DNA of 64,000 nucleotides from Lama glama (Eukaryota): assembly GCA_028534125.1 (NCBI GenBank), contig CM052817.1, forward strand, positions 57,910,001 through 57,974,000. The letters run 5' to 3'. Below the pieces are notes generated by a model that made no database searches, had not been told where the DNA came from, and saw nothing but the letters and a program-made list of their open reading frames with translations. Positions 49,998 to 62,724 of this stretch are shown here, piece after piece. The position numbers and the translations under genes were made by a program. Positions within the stretch are counted from its first letter, which is position 1, and each line of letters starts with the position of its first letter.

Positions 49998-50245
49998 GGA
50001 CTGGTCATGTAAGCATCCTCTGCCTAGCACCTACCCAAACTCCGTACTCTCAGAGAAAAGCTAAAGTTCAGTTCAGCATAAACCGTATTGTTTATACAAA
50101 GAGTCAGGGCACAGCAAATGACACTTTTTAGTTAGAGAATGGAGAGAAGCCGCGTTCCCAGGTATAGACTAAGGGCAAATCCTCACAGTCTGGCCTTTCT
50201 AAAAGTAGCAGTCTCAGGCTGGCTATGTTGACTCTTTTCTGCTCA
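49998..50245. mobile_element. LTR fragment (MER21-like)
   Basis: ttcagcataaaccgtattgtttatacaaa...ggcacag...tagcagtctcaggc...tatgttgactcttttctg. Confidence 0.5.
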
Positions 50246-51124
50246 TGATCTTAAAGATATTCTTTGTGTCAGAGTTGGTTAGCTAGACTGTCTTCTGGGA
50301 TAGCCTCCCCAGTTTGTGTCAATAAAACATATCAGTGTTGAAGAGAATATTAAATGAACTAGTTGTTGTTCATTGTTCATTGGCAGAAGAAACGACTCCA
50401 GTAGCTTTCCAGAGGATTCCCCTTTGTACGGAAAGATGACAGTTAAGGAGAGGATGCTGAAAAAATTGACAATCCTTTCCTGCACCATGTCTTGCAATAG
50501 AGTGACCATGATCTCTAAGGTGAACAGTCAGAAACCCATGTATTTGATGTTCACATCTGAACCAAAATTTATAATGCATGGTCTGACAATAAAAAGGAAA
50601 TGGGACAAGGATACCAGGTGCCATTTACATAGTCACTGCATAGATCTGGATTTGTTTCCTAACAAGAATCACAGGAGCTATTTCTCAACAATGGACTGTT
50701 TCTTTAACACCAAAGACTTGAAACCAAATTTGATAATTAACAGGTCTATAATTAAATACAATGAAAAGAAGTCTTTCCACTGGTCCTTAACACTATAAAC
50801 TCGAATTTTCATGTGATAGTATTGTTTTGTGCCATATTGATTGTCCAGCACAAAAAAGGGGGTGTTTGGATTATTAAATCACCAATTGTAAGCTTGTTGC
50901 ACAGCAGTCTGAGTGGAGATGATACTTGCATCTTGACAAAAAAAAAAATTGCAGCATGAAGAAATAGCCCTGCTGTATATTAACTGCATATGAAATTTGA
51001 AAAACATACTTTAAAAGTTCTTAATTGCCAGTTTTACTATACACAGCTTCAAAGTGGATCTGAAAAGAAATAATAAGTATTTTATTATAAATTTAACTGG
51101 AATTACTCACAGTTGTTTATTTTA

Positions 51125-51157
51125 AGTCTCATGCTCTACCGACTGAGCTAGCCGGGC
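51125..51157 (-). pseudogene. Tailless retrocopy of the tRNA-Lys(CTT) 5' half
   Basis: Minus strand GCCCGGCTAGCTCAGTCGGTAGAGCATGAGACT matches nt 1-33 of mammalian tRNA-Lys-CTT as recalled; flanked by a 15-bp TSD. Confidence 0.88.
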
Positions 51158-53534
51158 ACACACCAGAGCTGTTTATTTTAAATATCATTGTTTTGGGGGA
51201 AAATATCACATGATACTTCATTGATAACCTCATTGCTCAATCTAAACTCAAGTCTCTTTACTGCTAAAACAAATTACCAGTAAAACTGTTACACAGTGTT
51301 TGGAGAAATAAAGAAGTCAGTAAAAAAAAGTTACTGCTTGTCATTGTGTCAAGGTCTTATAGGAACCAGAATACATACTGACCTTTTACAAAATAGGAAA
51401 CCATTTTTTTTTTATGGCTAATCACCACTCCTTTAAGAACTCTTTTCTAGGTCTTACAATCTTTAGCCAGTGTTACATTTACAAACTTTCATGGCTATTT
51501 AGATCGGACAGGCATCAGCACAAGGATGGTGTTTTGAAACTCTGGGTTTGGGGGAGATAAGTCGGGATAATATATGTGTGTTGTGGGGAGACCAGAGATG
51601 GGAGAGAGTCAGGAGGACAGCCTCTCCAAGGGCAGTTGGGAGGGAGAGAAGTCGGGTGAGAACATTGAGAAGAAACAAAGAGGTCGTGGAATGAACACAC
51701 CTTATGTGGACGTCAGCCTCTGATTGTTATTTTTCAGTACTGCCAGGCTAAATTAGAAGTTATGAAAAATACTCAGACAGTCCAATAATTATGTGAGTAA
51801 TAATGAGGAGACATCACACGGCCTTTCAAACAGAACCTAAACTCAGTGACTTTATTATAAACCAAGAAGTTTGCTTGAAAATGTCAAACTACAGATCTAT
51901 CTCAAGAAAATGTTTTGAAAATACCTTCCTAGATTAAAGATACAAGTGCAAGGTAATTTTTAATATTCAGTGCCATATTAACTCAAAATACTGAACTTAA
52001 TCTCACTTAAGCAGTTTTTCTCTTAGGATCATTAACTGTCTTTAGAGTTATTGCTATTACTTGAAAATAGTGATAATTCATAACTGTTCAATTCAACAAA
52101 TATTAATTAAGTGCCAAATAAAATCAGGTACTGTTATACATGCTTTGGATATATCATAACTTTTTTTAAAATTTTCTGTCTTTCTGGAATTTACACTATT
52201 GGAGATAGAGAGGGGAAAAAAAATGATAAGATATAAATTATATAATATGTTAAAAAGTGACAAATATTATGCATAAAAGAAAAAGCAGAGAAAGGTAGGG
52301 AATCAGAGAATTGTGGGATGTGCTGGGGTGCGTTGGGAGCAGAGTGCAGTACTATTAAATAAGATGATAGAATCAGCTTCAGTTTTTGGAAAAATAGTGA
52401 ACTCTGCAGGAAACGGGGAATGGAAAGGAATAGAAAGCAATGCCCTGGCTCAGAAACTTTGTAACTTTGTTGTAACAAAAGTTGATAGTGGAAGATGTAC
52501 CCAGATGAGTAACGTGATATTTAGTAGTTGTTGGTTTTACGGCTGTTGGGTTTTTATGTTTTAAAATGCTTTTCCATGTGCTTTTGAACACTATATTGTT
52601 ATAAAGTTATTTTGAATGTGAAAGAAAAGAAACATGCCACACCATATACTAAGCACTTAAATGAGTATTATAGGGACTCATTATCACAAGAATTTAGTGT
52701 CTTGATAAGAACTGGATGTTTGGGCAAATTTCTTGGAAGAGGTAGATTTGGGCTGAGCATTCATTCAATCAGTCATTCACTCCCTGTATTGAGTGTAATA
52801 TGTTTAAATCCATTCTGTTGGAAACAATTAAAGATTTTTGAGCAGGAGTAGGACATAATCACATAAGTGCATTATTAAGATTTATTCTGAGTTCTTTAAC
52901 AGATCAGTTAGAAAATCATTACAGCAGCCCTAGCATGAATAGATTAAGACCTCAGATAGGTGATAGAGACAGGAATGAAATAGAAGCTGGGAATCGTAGT
53001 TAAATGTGAATATATATTTTGTAGAAAACAGCTAATTGAAAATACAAATTCTTAGAATAATGAATAACACCAAAGTTTAAAAAAGCATCAGTGATGGGAA
53101 ATTGGTCATTCCATTAAGGGAAATTGGAAGGTTAAGGAGGAAGTGCAGATGAACACAGGATGGGAAGTTTAGTCTGTGATACATAAAAGAGCTCTTATCT
53201 CTATGGAAATGTCTAAAAGTCAGTTAGCAATCTGGGTCTGGAACCAGAAGAGGGTTTGTAGATAAAAATTGGGAATTATTTGCACAGAGATGATATTTGA
53301 GGGCACAGAAGTAAATTAGGTAGCTAGAGAAAAAGAAGAGAACTGAAGACAGAGGCATGGAGGTTTCCTATATTTGAAGAGAGCAGAAGAAAGAGAGACA
53401 GAAAAGAAGTGTGATCAGAACCAGGAAAGTACATGTGTCTCTGAACTCAAAGTCTTTAAGAAAAAAAAAAAAAAAGACATAGTGGTATAGAAGGAAAGGA
53501 GGACTTGTGCAAACAGAATAATAGAAGTAAAAAT

Positions 53535-54205
53535 GTTGGGGAGATGTTTGTTTATGGTATACTTTACATTCAGTTAAATCCACTATTTTGGATGTGCAGT
53601 TAATGATTCTTGACAAATGTGTAGTCATGTAATTACCATAACAATCAAGATACAGAACATCTCCATCACCCCCCAAAATTCCTTTTTGTACCTTTGTAGT
53701 CAAACCCTCCCTCCTCTCCTAGTCACTGGCAACCATGTTTGAGATTCATCCATAGATTCATCCACATTGTTGCATGTATTATTTTTCATTACTGTGTAGC
53801 AGTCCATTCTTTGGATGTACTATAGTTTTTTAATCCATTTACCAGTTGAAGGATATTTTGGTGGTTTCCAGTTTGCCTTGATTATGAATAAAGCTGCTAC
53901 AAACATTTACTTACAGGTTTTTGTGTATGGAAACTTTTCATTTCTCTTGAGTTAATACGCAGCAATAGCATAGTTTGGTTATACAATAAGTATAGTTGAA
54001 CTTCAGAAGGACTGGCCAGTCATTTTCCATTTCCAGTACTAGTAATGTATGAGAATTCTCATTGCTCCACAGTCTTGCCAGCACTTGTTAATATTGTTTG
54101 TTTTACCACTTTAATAGGTGTATTATTGTATCTAATTGTGATTTTATTTTGCATTTTCCTAATGACTAATGTTATTGAGCATATTTCAGTGTATTTGCCA
54201 TTCTT
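53535..54205 (-). mobile_element. Old L1 (L1MC-like) 3' region
   Basis: caatcaagatacagaacatctccatcacccccc...ataaagctgctacaaacattt...tttgcattttcctaatgactaatg. Confidence 0.75.
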
Positions 54206-56059
54206 TAATACTCCTTTTGATTTAAGATTATGACTCTAAAGAAAAAGGCAAAAACAGATGACAATACCAAGTTAAAAACATTAAATGTCCTGGGTCATGG
54301 CTTAAGATGAATGAAAATAGCTTAATGACAAGGGTTAGAATAGATCATCTGGGACAGGACCAATGCATTTGATAAAGATTGCTGATATGATTAAATGTGC
54401 TTTAAGTTACACTTGAAGGGTTGAGAAAAAAGATCTCAGAAACAGTATCAAGAAAAACAGATGTGATATAAAAAGAAGAATTTTTAAAACCCTGATAATT
54501 TGAAGGAAAAGTAGTAAAGATAGTTGGAAACAATATTTCCATCCAACTATACACCAATGAACAGAATAGGAGTGAATAGAACAATGGATTTGAAAATTAA
54601 ATATAAACAACTATGCACATTTCTAGAAGTTGTTAGAAAAAGGTGCATGAAGTATTTTTAGAGCAATGGAAGGATAAGCTTTATTTGATAGAAATAACTC
54701 GGATAAATGATGCGACAGAATAGCACTGAAAATTGATGTATTCATCGGTGTGAGGGTGAAAACATGTTAGAGAGCACCGAAATCAGGAGGAAAGATAAAG
54801 AAAAGTTACAATGTTGTGTGGACATAGTATCTAGAGCAGAGTTATGTGGTGGATTTGTACAGTACTTTCCTCTATTTGTGACAAAACTAGCCCAGAGACA
54901 GTGATAGGTCCCCTCCCTAATCTGTTGGAAATTCCATTCTGCCCTAAGCAGGGATCAGAGTTTTCTGCTGTCTGCAATGTTATCATTTAAATGAAGAAAT
55001 AAAAAATAAAATAAAATCTTGATGCTAAAGTAGAACTAAGCATTAAAAATGAAATAAAACAACAATTTAAATAATAAATAAAAGTAAAATATTCTATTAT
55101 ATAAAACATATGATATATAACATGTTGTGTATACTATAAATGAAAATAGAAGTAAAAGCAGAAGGCAGCAATATAAAGTGCCCCTGCATTTTATTCATCA
55201 AATACCTAGTGAGTAAGTGTTGAATGAGGACTGAGAAAGACTGAGTGGACAGAGTGGTAAATGGGAAGAGTGGTCCCCTCTTCCCATGGACTTCACACAT
55301 TAAGCAAGTCATTAAAATAAAGAATGGCAAATACTGGCAAAGACAGTGCACTTTGAAAATGTAAGGAGCCCTTCAATGAGTTCAAATTTAACATGAGCAT
55401 TTATGAAATATGGAAGTAGGATTAATAGAAAATGTAACTCGAGTAGATATTAGGATCCAGAAAGCAAAGACCAGAACAAATTGAGACTTAGGAAACATTC
55501 CAAGACAGTGGCAAAAGAATTTTAGTCATGTTCAGAGCAGGGAAATGAATATTAAAAGATTAGTTATGCTATTTGCACAAGACAGTAGAATGTTGAGTTG
55601 GCAGAACTAATTGTACTGATTTCCATCAAAGAAAATACCTGGAGTGGAAGGAGTTTAAGAGGTTATTGAAGCCCAGGGTAGGAGAGGAGTTGTGGAAAGT
55701 TTGCTGGAAAGAATTCCATGTCCCTAGAAAAACATGCCAATGACATCATAGCATCAAACTCTACTCAATCTTTGAGAAACTAAGAAGAAGGGTTAGAGTA
55801 TTAGATTAAGGATGAGCTAGGTTTTAGAATGACAGCAAACAGCAAAAGGAAGCGTTTCGTAATCTATTCAAGTAGTTGAGAAATGATGTTAAAGAAACGG
55901 CTGGTTTGAAATATTTGTTAAAAGATATTACATTTCTATAATATTTTTTATGTGTACCTTAATGAAGAAAATAGTTTATAGAATTTTGCAAAGAATTTAT
56001 CCAGAGAATTTTAATCAATTTCTAATTGCATAAGTAATATATATTTCTTTGCAAACATA

Positions 56060-56322
56060 AACCAAATGGATAAATAAAACAAAACAAACAGACTCATAGA
56101 TACAGAGAACTAACTAGTAGTGGGGGGGTCATAGTGGAGGAAGGGGATTGAGGTACACACTACTAGGTATAAAATAAGATACGAAGATGTAATGTACAGA
56201 ACATCCCTGTATATAGCCAATATTTTATCAAAACTTTAAATGGAGTATGATTTAAAAAAATATCGAATCACTATGTTGTACACCTGAAACTAGTAATATA
56301 ACATTAAATCAACTATAGTTCA
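56060..56322 (+). mobile_element. L1 3'UTR fragment (L1MA9-like)
   Basis: acagactcatagatacagagaac...gatgtaatgtacag...atcactatgttgtacacctgaaact. Confidence 0.7.
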
Positions 56323-56764
56323 AAGAAATCATTTTCAGTTCTAATACAAGCACACAGTTTGGTCACATCTTATGTGAATTTGAATTATTTAAATATGAAT
56401 TAGAATGTATTTAAAGTATTTATAAATCTCACTTCTTGAGATAAATATTAAAGCAAATAAGCCTAAATTTAAAAATCAACAATGACCATGATTTGAAATG
56501 AGTGAATTGTGAATTAACATTATTTCCACAAGGTGGCACCATAGTGGAAACTGTGGCCAGTAATGTAAGTGTTCATTCAACATTTTGTCTCCCTTTACAT
56601 AAGTATATATTATGTTTACAACAATATTCATAAGTTGAGGCTTTCTAAATAAATGAAATTATTCTATATCTAATATGTGAACTGAAACTTGCCATCTGTG
56701 GCAACTCAAATATACTGGGGATCTTCTTCATTCTTCTACCGCTGTCCTTGGTGAAAAGATACTG

Positions 56765-57710
56765 TAATTCCTTCAACAAGTCCCTCATCAATGGTCATTT
56801 AGGTGTCCTGCAATTTTTCACTAATGCAAATGATGTCATAAAGAACTTTTTTGAACAATTATCTATGTATACATAAGCAAGTGTGTCTGGAATATATATT
56901 CTGCCAGGAGAAATTTCTGGCTTAAAACAAATGAACCTTTTAAATTCTGGTATGTACAGTCAATTTGTCCTTTTCAAAGTTTCCAATAATATAAGCTCTA
57001 ACCAATATTGTATGAAAATATCCATTTTCCTTCATATTGCATGACTATTTTCTTTTTAAATGTTGCCACCTGATATAAAAATGTTGGTGGTAATTTATCA
57101 TTTCTTAATTAGTAGTCAGGTTGAATAAGTTTTGAAAATTTTAGTGTTTTTGTATTTTTTGTTCACTGATTTACTAGCCCATATTATTTGCCCATTTTTC
57201 ACTTTTTTTTTTACACAGTTATCTTCTTTTTCTTTTGGATTAATCAGAACTTTTCATGTTTTACAGATATTATTCATTAGATTGTTGTATCTGTTAAAAA
57301 AATCTTTCCTCTTAATCTGTCACTTATCTTTGAAATTCAGGAATGAGTGGCTTTCATTGCAAGTGAATTTTAATTCTTAATTGGTCAAATGTGAGGATTT
57401 TTCTCTTATGGCTTCTGAGTTTTGTCTGTTTTGTTTTGCATTAAAAGAACACAAATTTTAAAACTTAAAATTTTCCAAAATTTTAAAGATCAACAAAGAT
57501 ATTCTTTTTATTTGATTGTAATGCAATGATTTTTTCCCACATTTAGTATTTTTGTACATGTGGAATTTGTTTTTACGGATGTCTAATTAGCTTAGCACTG
57601 TTTACTGAATAGACATTTTTTTTTTCCTCCAATGATTTGAGACATTACCTTTATCATGTACTGGTTCTAAATATACATGATTTTGTGTCCAGATATTCTA
57701 TTCTACATTG
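56765..57710 (-). mobile_element. Old degraded L1 (L1ME-like)
   Basis: atggtcatttaggt...aatattgtatgaaaatatccattttcc...ttatggcttctgagtttt...gcactgtttactgaatagac. Confidence 0.55.
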
Positions 57711-57978
57711 ACCAAAATTTTAATATTTAACACAAATAAATGCAATGGATCCCAGGATTATCTGCACATCAAAGAAGCAGGAAAGGTCTTCAGAGTAAGC
57801 CCAGAAAGTTAAGGAATTTGGATGAAGTCTCATAACTACATTGGTAGGCGATCTGGGCCTGGAAACACATTTTTCTTAAGTCTAATTCAGTATTTTTCCC
57901 ATTCTGCTGCAGACTATGATTTGAAATCAACAGGAAAATAGGTCATTTTTACCCTCTTTTGTCGTGATTCTTTTCCAG

Positions 57979-58131
57979 TGACAAAGGAGTATTCAGACTG
58001 TAGCAGGTCCCCATGCCAGAATGGGGGCACGTGTATAAATGGAAGAATCAGTGTCGTCTGTGCGTGTCGACATCCTTTTACTGGTGACAACTGCACCATC
58101 AAGGTGGTGGAAGAAAATGCTTTGGCTCCAG
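57979..58131 (+). CDS. MMRN1: Multimerin 1 coding exon 7 (EGF-like domain)
   Basis: ttttccag|TG acceptor; encodes (V)TKEYSDCSRSPCQNGGTCINGRISVVCACRHPFTGDNCTIKVVEENALAP with a 6-Cys EGF pattern; G|GTGAGA donor; 153 nt. Confidence 0.95.
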
Positions 58132-58417
58132 GTGAGAAAGTACATGCCCCCTTGGATTTGCTCAATGTTATAAACAAAAACATTTTTTGAAAATATTTAC
58201 AAATGAATGTTTAGACCTGCTTAATCTGGACTCACTTGAGGATGAATTCCTTTTACTTCTGAAACTTAATAACACAGGATTTACAGACATACATGAAATA
58301 TCTTTTTGTCGGGTAGTCATATTGATATATATTCATTGAAATTTTCAATATTGGTATAATACAGGCAGTTTAATGAATTTCTCCCCCTCTTTATCTTCTT
58401 AAAAGAAAATACAAATC

Positions 58418-58630
58418 AGGAGTTTGGGATGTGCAGATACTGACTACTATATATAAAACAGATAAACAACAAGTTTCTACTGTATAGCACAGGGAACTAT
58501 ATTCGATATCCTATAGTAACCTATAATGAGAAAGAATATGAAAATGAATATATGTATGTATATGTATGACTGAAACATGCTGTACACTAGAAACTGACAC
58601 GTGGTAAACTGACTATACTTAAATAAAAAT
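58418..58630 (+). mobile_element. L1 3'UTR (artiodactyl-type)
   Basis: ggagtttgggatgtgcagatac...tactgtatagcacagggaactatatt...gactatacttaaataaaa, homologous to 40000-40210 in reverse. Confidence 0.8.
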
Positions 58631-59627
58631 TTTAATTTAATTTTTAAAAAGGTAAATGGCAGTCCATAATAAAAAAATACAGAAATATATATCCAAGTAA
58701 TACCAACTTTTTCTCCTCAAATAAGTTGTTAACGAATATATCTTTGATTCAGATCAGATCTGATTCTTTCAATGAAGCTTTAATAAGTGCATAGCAGTAT
58801 GTCTTCTATGAAGGTCAAGCTAATAGTGTCATTGTGACTGGCTGAGGACTGTCGGAACATGCTCAGGTGGACTGATTAGAACAAGGTGTCTTTTTGTCCA
58901 TTTACTTTTATAAGTATAGGTTGCTATAGATTTACTTCAAGAGTGTACCTTTTCTGATTCCTATACAAGAAAGTGTGTGCAGCACTTAAAATATTCTCCT
59001 TAATGATGGCAAACATATTTCAAATCAGGCTTTTCTTAATATGTTGCATAATAAAGAACAATCTTTAGTCTGTTTTGAAATCTCAGCCTTTGTAAGTACA
59101 TATGGCATTAATTACATAGAAGATTGCTTTTATCTACTCTATAGTGTGTATGATTTCATTCGGTTTCCATTTTAGCCTCTAGAAACTGTTTGACAAGGTG
59201 CTGGAAAAATTGTTTCCACGTCATGTCAGCTTTAATTCCTGCAAGGGGCTTTAAGACATTCTGGCATACCATAATCATCAGAGTGCTTTGAATTCCTTTG
59301 TCTCTGGAGAGATCAAAGCCACATGCAAATTAATCTTTGAGGCATTTCTATGAGGGAGGTATCAAGTGTTACTATCATTCTATCTTGATCTAAGTGGAGA
59401 AACTGAGTCCCAGAGAAGATAAGCAATTTCAGGTAAGTCACACACAAAAAAGAGGCGGGTATCCAGGCCCCTATGCCCTTGTTAAATCTAGTGAATGACC
59501 TTTTTTCCTCTGCTAACCCTTTTTGTAACTGACATAAAGTGATAAAGACAGAAAATAATAAAAGATAGAAACAAAACAAGATCAAAACATGAAAATTAAC
59601 CCTTTCTATCTTTTTTTCCACTATCAG

Positions 59628-60049
59628 ATTATTCAAAAGGTTCTTACAGATATGCACCGATGGTGGCGTTTTTTGCATCCCATACTTACGGAATGACTAC
59701 ACCTGGTCCTATCCTATTTAACAACTTGGATGTCAATTATGGAGCTTCCTACACTCCAAGAACTGGAAAATTCAGAATTCCCTATCTTGGGGTGTATGTT
59801 TTCAAATATACTATTGAGTCATTCAGTGCTCATATCTCTGGATTTTTAGTAGTTGATGGAGTAGACAAGCTTGCATTTGAGTCTGAAAATGTTAACAGTG
59901 AGATACGCTGTGATAGGGTTGTGACTGGGGATGCCTTATTAGAATTAAATTATGGGCAGGAAGTGTGGTTGCGACTTGTCAGAGGAACGATTCCAGCCAA
60001 ATTTCCCCCTGCTACTACATTTAGTGGTTACTTGTTATACCGTACATAA
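59628..60049 (+). CDS. MMRN1: Multimerin 1 coding exon 8 (gC1q domain, stop codon)
   Basis: ctatcag|AT acceptor; encodes (D)YSKGSYRYAPMVAFFASHTYG...TGKFRIPYLGVYVF...TTFSGYLLYRT, then TAA at 60047-60049. Typical C1q motifs. Confidence 0.97.
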
Positions 60050-60463
60050 ATTAGTATGAAGGACAGACTGTCACCTTGACTGAGAAGCAGCCTGTGTTTT
60101 TATTTATCTTTGCATGCACATCTGCTCTGTTTTCGGTTTTTCTACATGAATGAAAACCAACTTCTTTTTTAATCTGAGGAAGGCTGTTAAGTTTATTTCA
60201 TAAAATTATTTGAATTTCTTTTGGACAACCTATATATAAAGGAATTATTGCTCCTAAAGAGACTTAGTGGCATAGAAAACAAGGTGCGATTGTTAGCATA
60301 ATCATTCCTTTTTTGTTTTCTCACGTAAGGCATTTCAATGTAAAGTAATATTATAAAGTGACACTCACTCAGTATTGTCAGTCACAGTAGTTTTCCAGTA
60401 AAATGCTTTTGTTATTCCATGTGTATGTAAATATATAACATGTTTCCTAAATTCACAAATTCA

Positions 60464-60474
60464 AATAAATTAAA
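60464..60474 (+). terminator. Candidate polyadenylation signal (overlapping AATAAA/ATTAAA)
   Basis: AATAAA at 60464-60469 overlaps ATTAAA and is followed by GT/T-rich sequence ~20-40 nt later. Alternative AATAAA at 60633 and ~60675. Confidence 0.5.
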
Positions 60475-60829
60475 TTGCTCAAAGAAAGTGTTTTTATAAA
60501 CTTTGATTTTTATTCTTTACTGTTGAGTTGATCAATCTTACATACTAACATTTTCATTCATAATCACGAATAAGAAAGTTGAAATAGAAACTTGAAATAT
60601 GCCTAACTATTGTTCCCTTCCTGTAATTAGAGAATAAAGTAATAACTGACACATTTGAACATTTACACCCAAGTCTAACGATATACAAGTATATCTTTTA
60701 CCTGCCTCCACCTTACAGTATCTACAGGGGAAAAAATAAAACTTTCCTCCAGTGAGTCTCCTATGGCAACACATGCAGACCTGGCCGTATTCTTATAACA
60801 GGTTCATAGTATTCCAGGCTGATATTACA

Positions 60830-61070
60830 ATTTATGGGATGCTCACTGTGCCCTGATTCTCTTCTAAGCAACTTATATACAGTGTCTCATCGATTTCTTA
60901 CAAAACCTTGTATAAGGTGGGTATTACTACCATCATTTTATAGCTGAAGAAACAGAGATAGAGTGATGAAGGAATGGACCAAGCTTCACAACTAGTAAGG
61001 ACTGAGGCAGGATTTAGAATCAGCCTTTCTTCTCCAGCATTCACATCCATCCTTTCTCTGTGTTACCTCC
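60830..61070 (-). mobile_element. MIR SINE
   Basis: ggtgggtattactaccatcattttatagctgaagaaacagag...cacaactagtaag. Confidence 0.55.
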
Positions 61071-62584
61071 TACAGATGTACTGTAATTTATGTAATAAGC
61101 CCTTATGAAGGTCATTGAGATTGTCTCCAATGTTTCATTATAACAATATTATTGTAGTGAACATCCTTAAACATACATCCCTTACACATTTGACAAAGTA
61201 TTTCTGAAGAATAGATTCCTGTAAGTTATCATAAAAATACTAATGAAAAAGTTTGGGGTATGGCAAATGTTTTCCACAAATTAATTTACTTACTGCTTAC
61301 TATAGTGCTATGAATAAACTATTAACTGTATCATCCTCTTCACACTGATGGGGAACAGAGGCACCTAGTGGGTAAGTCATTTTCCCAGTAGTTCAGCAAA
61401 TTGTGGAGAATTTCAGGAACAAGGGATAAGCCTATATTTTTATTTAGCTAGAGTACTATCAAATTGCCTTTGAAAAGATCTGTACCAATCCATAGACCTC
61501 TTTTGCTCATGTTAAAGAGTACTCATTACCCCCAACACATACTCATCACAACTCACAATTTTTTAAATATTGCCTGTCTTGAATGTGAAACTAGTATCTC
61601 CCTATAGCAGAAACTGGAAATTTTTTCAGACTTGCTGAATTTGAAAGCATACGTCCATACACAAGGTTGTACACACATGTTCAGATTAACTTTATTTGTA
61701 ACAGCCAAAACTTGGTTCCACCCACCTGTCCTGCAATAGATGAATAGTAAGGCAAACTCTAGTATATCCATACAGCAGAGGACTGCCAATCAACAAAAAG
61801 GAATGAACACACTGCAACACGGATGAGTCACATGACAAGCTGTAGGAGATTCCACAGGGCAGCCTGACAAACCTTGGACAGTTCTGCAGGGAAGAGTGAC
61901 GTGAGTACCGCCCGCCACAATGTCTCATGTTGAGCCCAAACAGCTGTACCTTCCCAGCCCAGCCCAGGACTCCATGAACAGGTGTGAGCTCAATGCTGAC
62001 AAGCGAAGGCTGAATGACTGACACTTTCCATTCTGTTATGTGGAAGTGTATGACTTTCAAAAACATTGGAACGTTTTGATAATTTCTTCAGTCCCTGCCT
62101 AAAATTACATCACAATCTAAAATGTTTTGTTTGATTTCTTCAAGTACTCCTAGTTTAAAGAGAATTTTTGTCTTCCAAATATACTTTTCAACAGATACCA
62201 GTTATTTCAATGCACTGCCTTTTCTTTAATATTAGTAGCAGAACAAAAGGAAGTAAATCATTTTGACAATATGTGTCATTGCCATGCATAATTTAATCTT
62301 TGATTTTGTAATTAGATAATTTTGAACATTTGGCATTAAATGATGGTTTGGTGTTTGGAATTTTAATTATTAATATTAGTCTTTATTTTTATATGTATTT
62401 GTAGAAATATACAATTAAATGACAAATTGCTACCCATAGCTAAAAGGCATTGTAGCTACTTTTGAGTTGCTATGGTTTTGTTTGGTTATTTTTTAAAAAG
62501 CCATCCAATATAATATAGGACAATCTAGTAATATATTTCTAATTGTCATGATCAAATATACTCACGTTTAAAAAATGCAACATT

Positions 62585-62724
62585 GGGGGCAGTGGGTATA
62601 GCTCAGCAGTAGAGCGAATGCTTAGCATGCATGAAGTCATAAGTTCAATCCCCAGTTCCTCTGTTACAAATAAATAAATACTAATTACTTACCCCTCCAA
62701 AAAAAACCCAAAAATTTTTAATTA
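62585..62724 (+). mobile_element. tRNA-derived SINE (Vic-1-like) with TSD
   Basis: gggtatagctcagcagtagagcg...agttcaatccccag, ctaattac-cccc tail unit; TSD aaaaaat(g/a)caacattggg on both sides. Confidence 0.85.

Noticed and set aside
50373..50798. 141-aa ORF in intron 6 (likewise 27048-27524 and 13844-14236)
   Set aside because: No domain similarity or splice support; the MMRN1 exon chain is complete without them.
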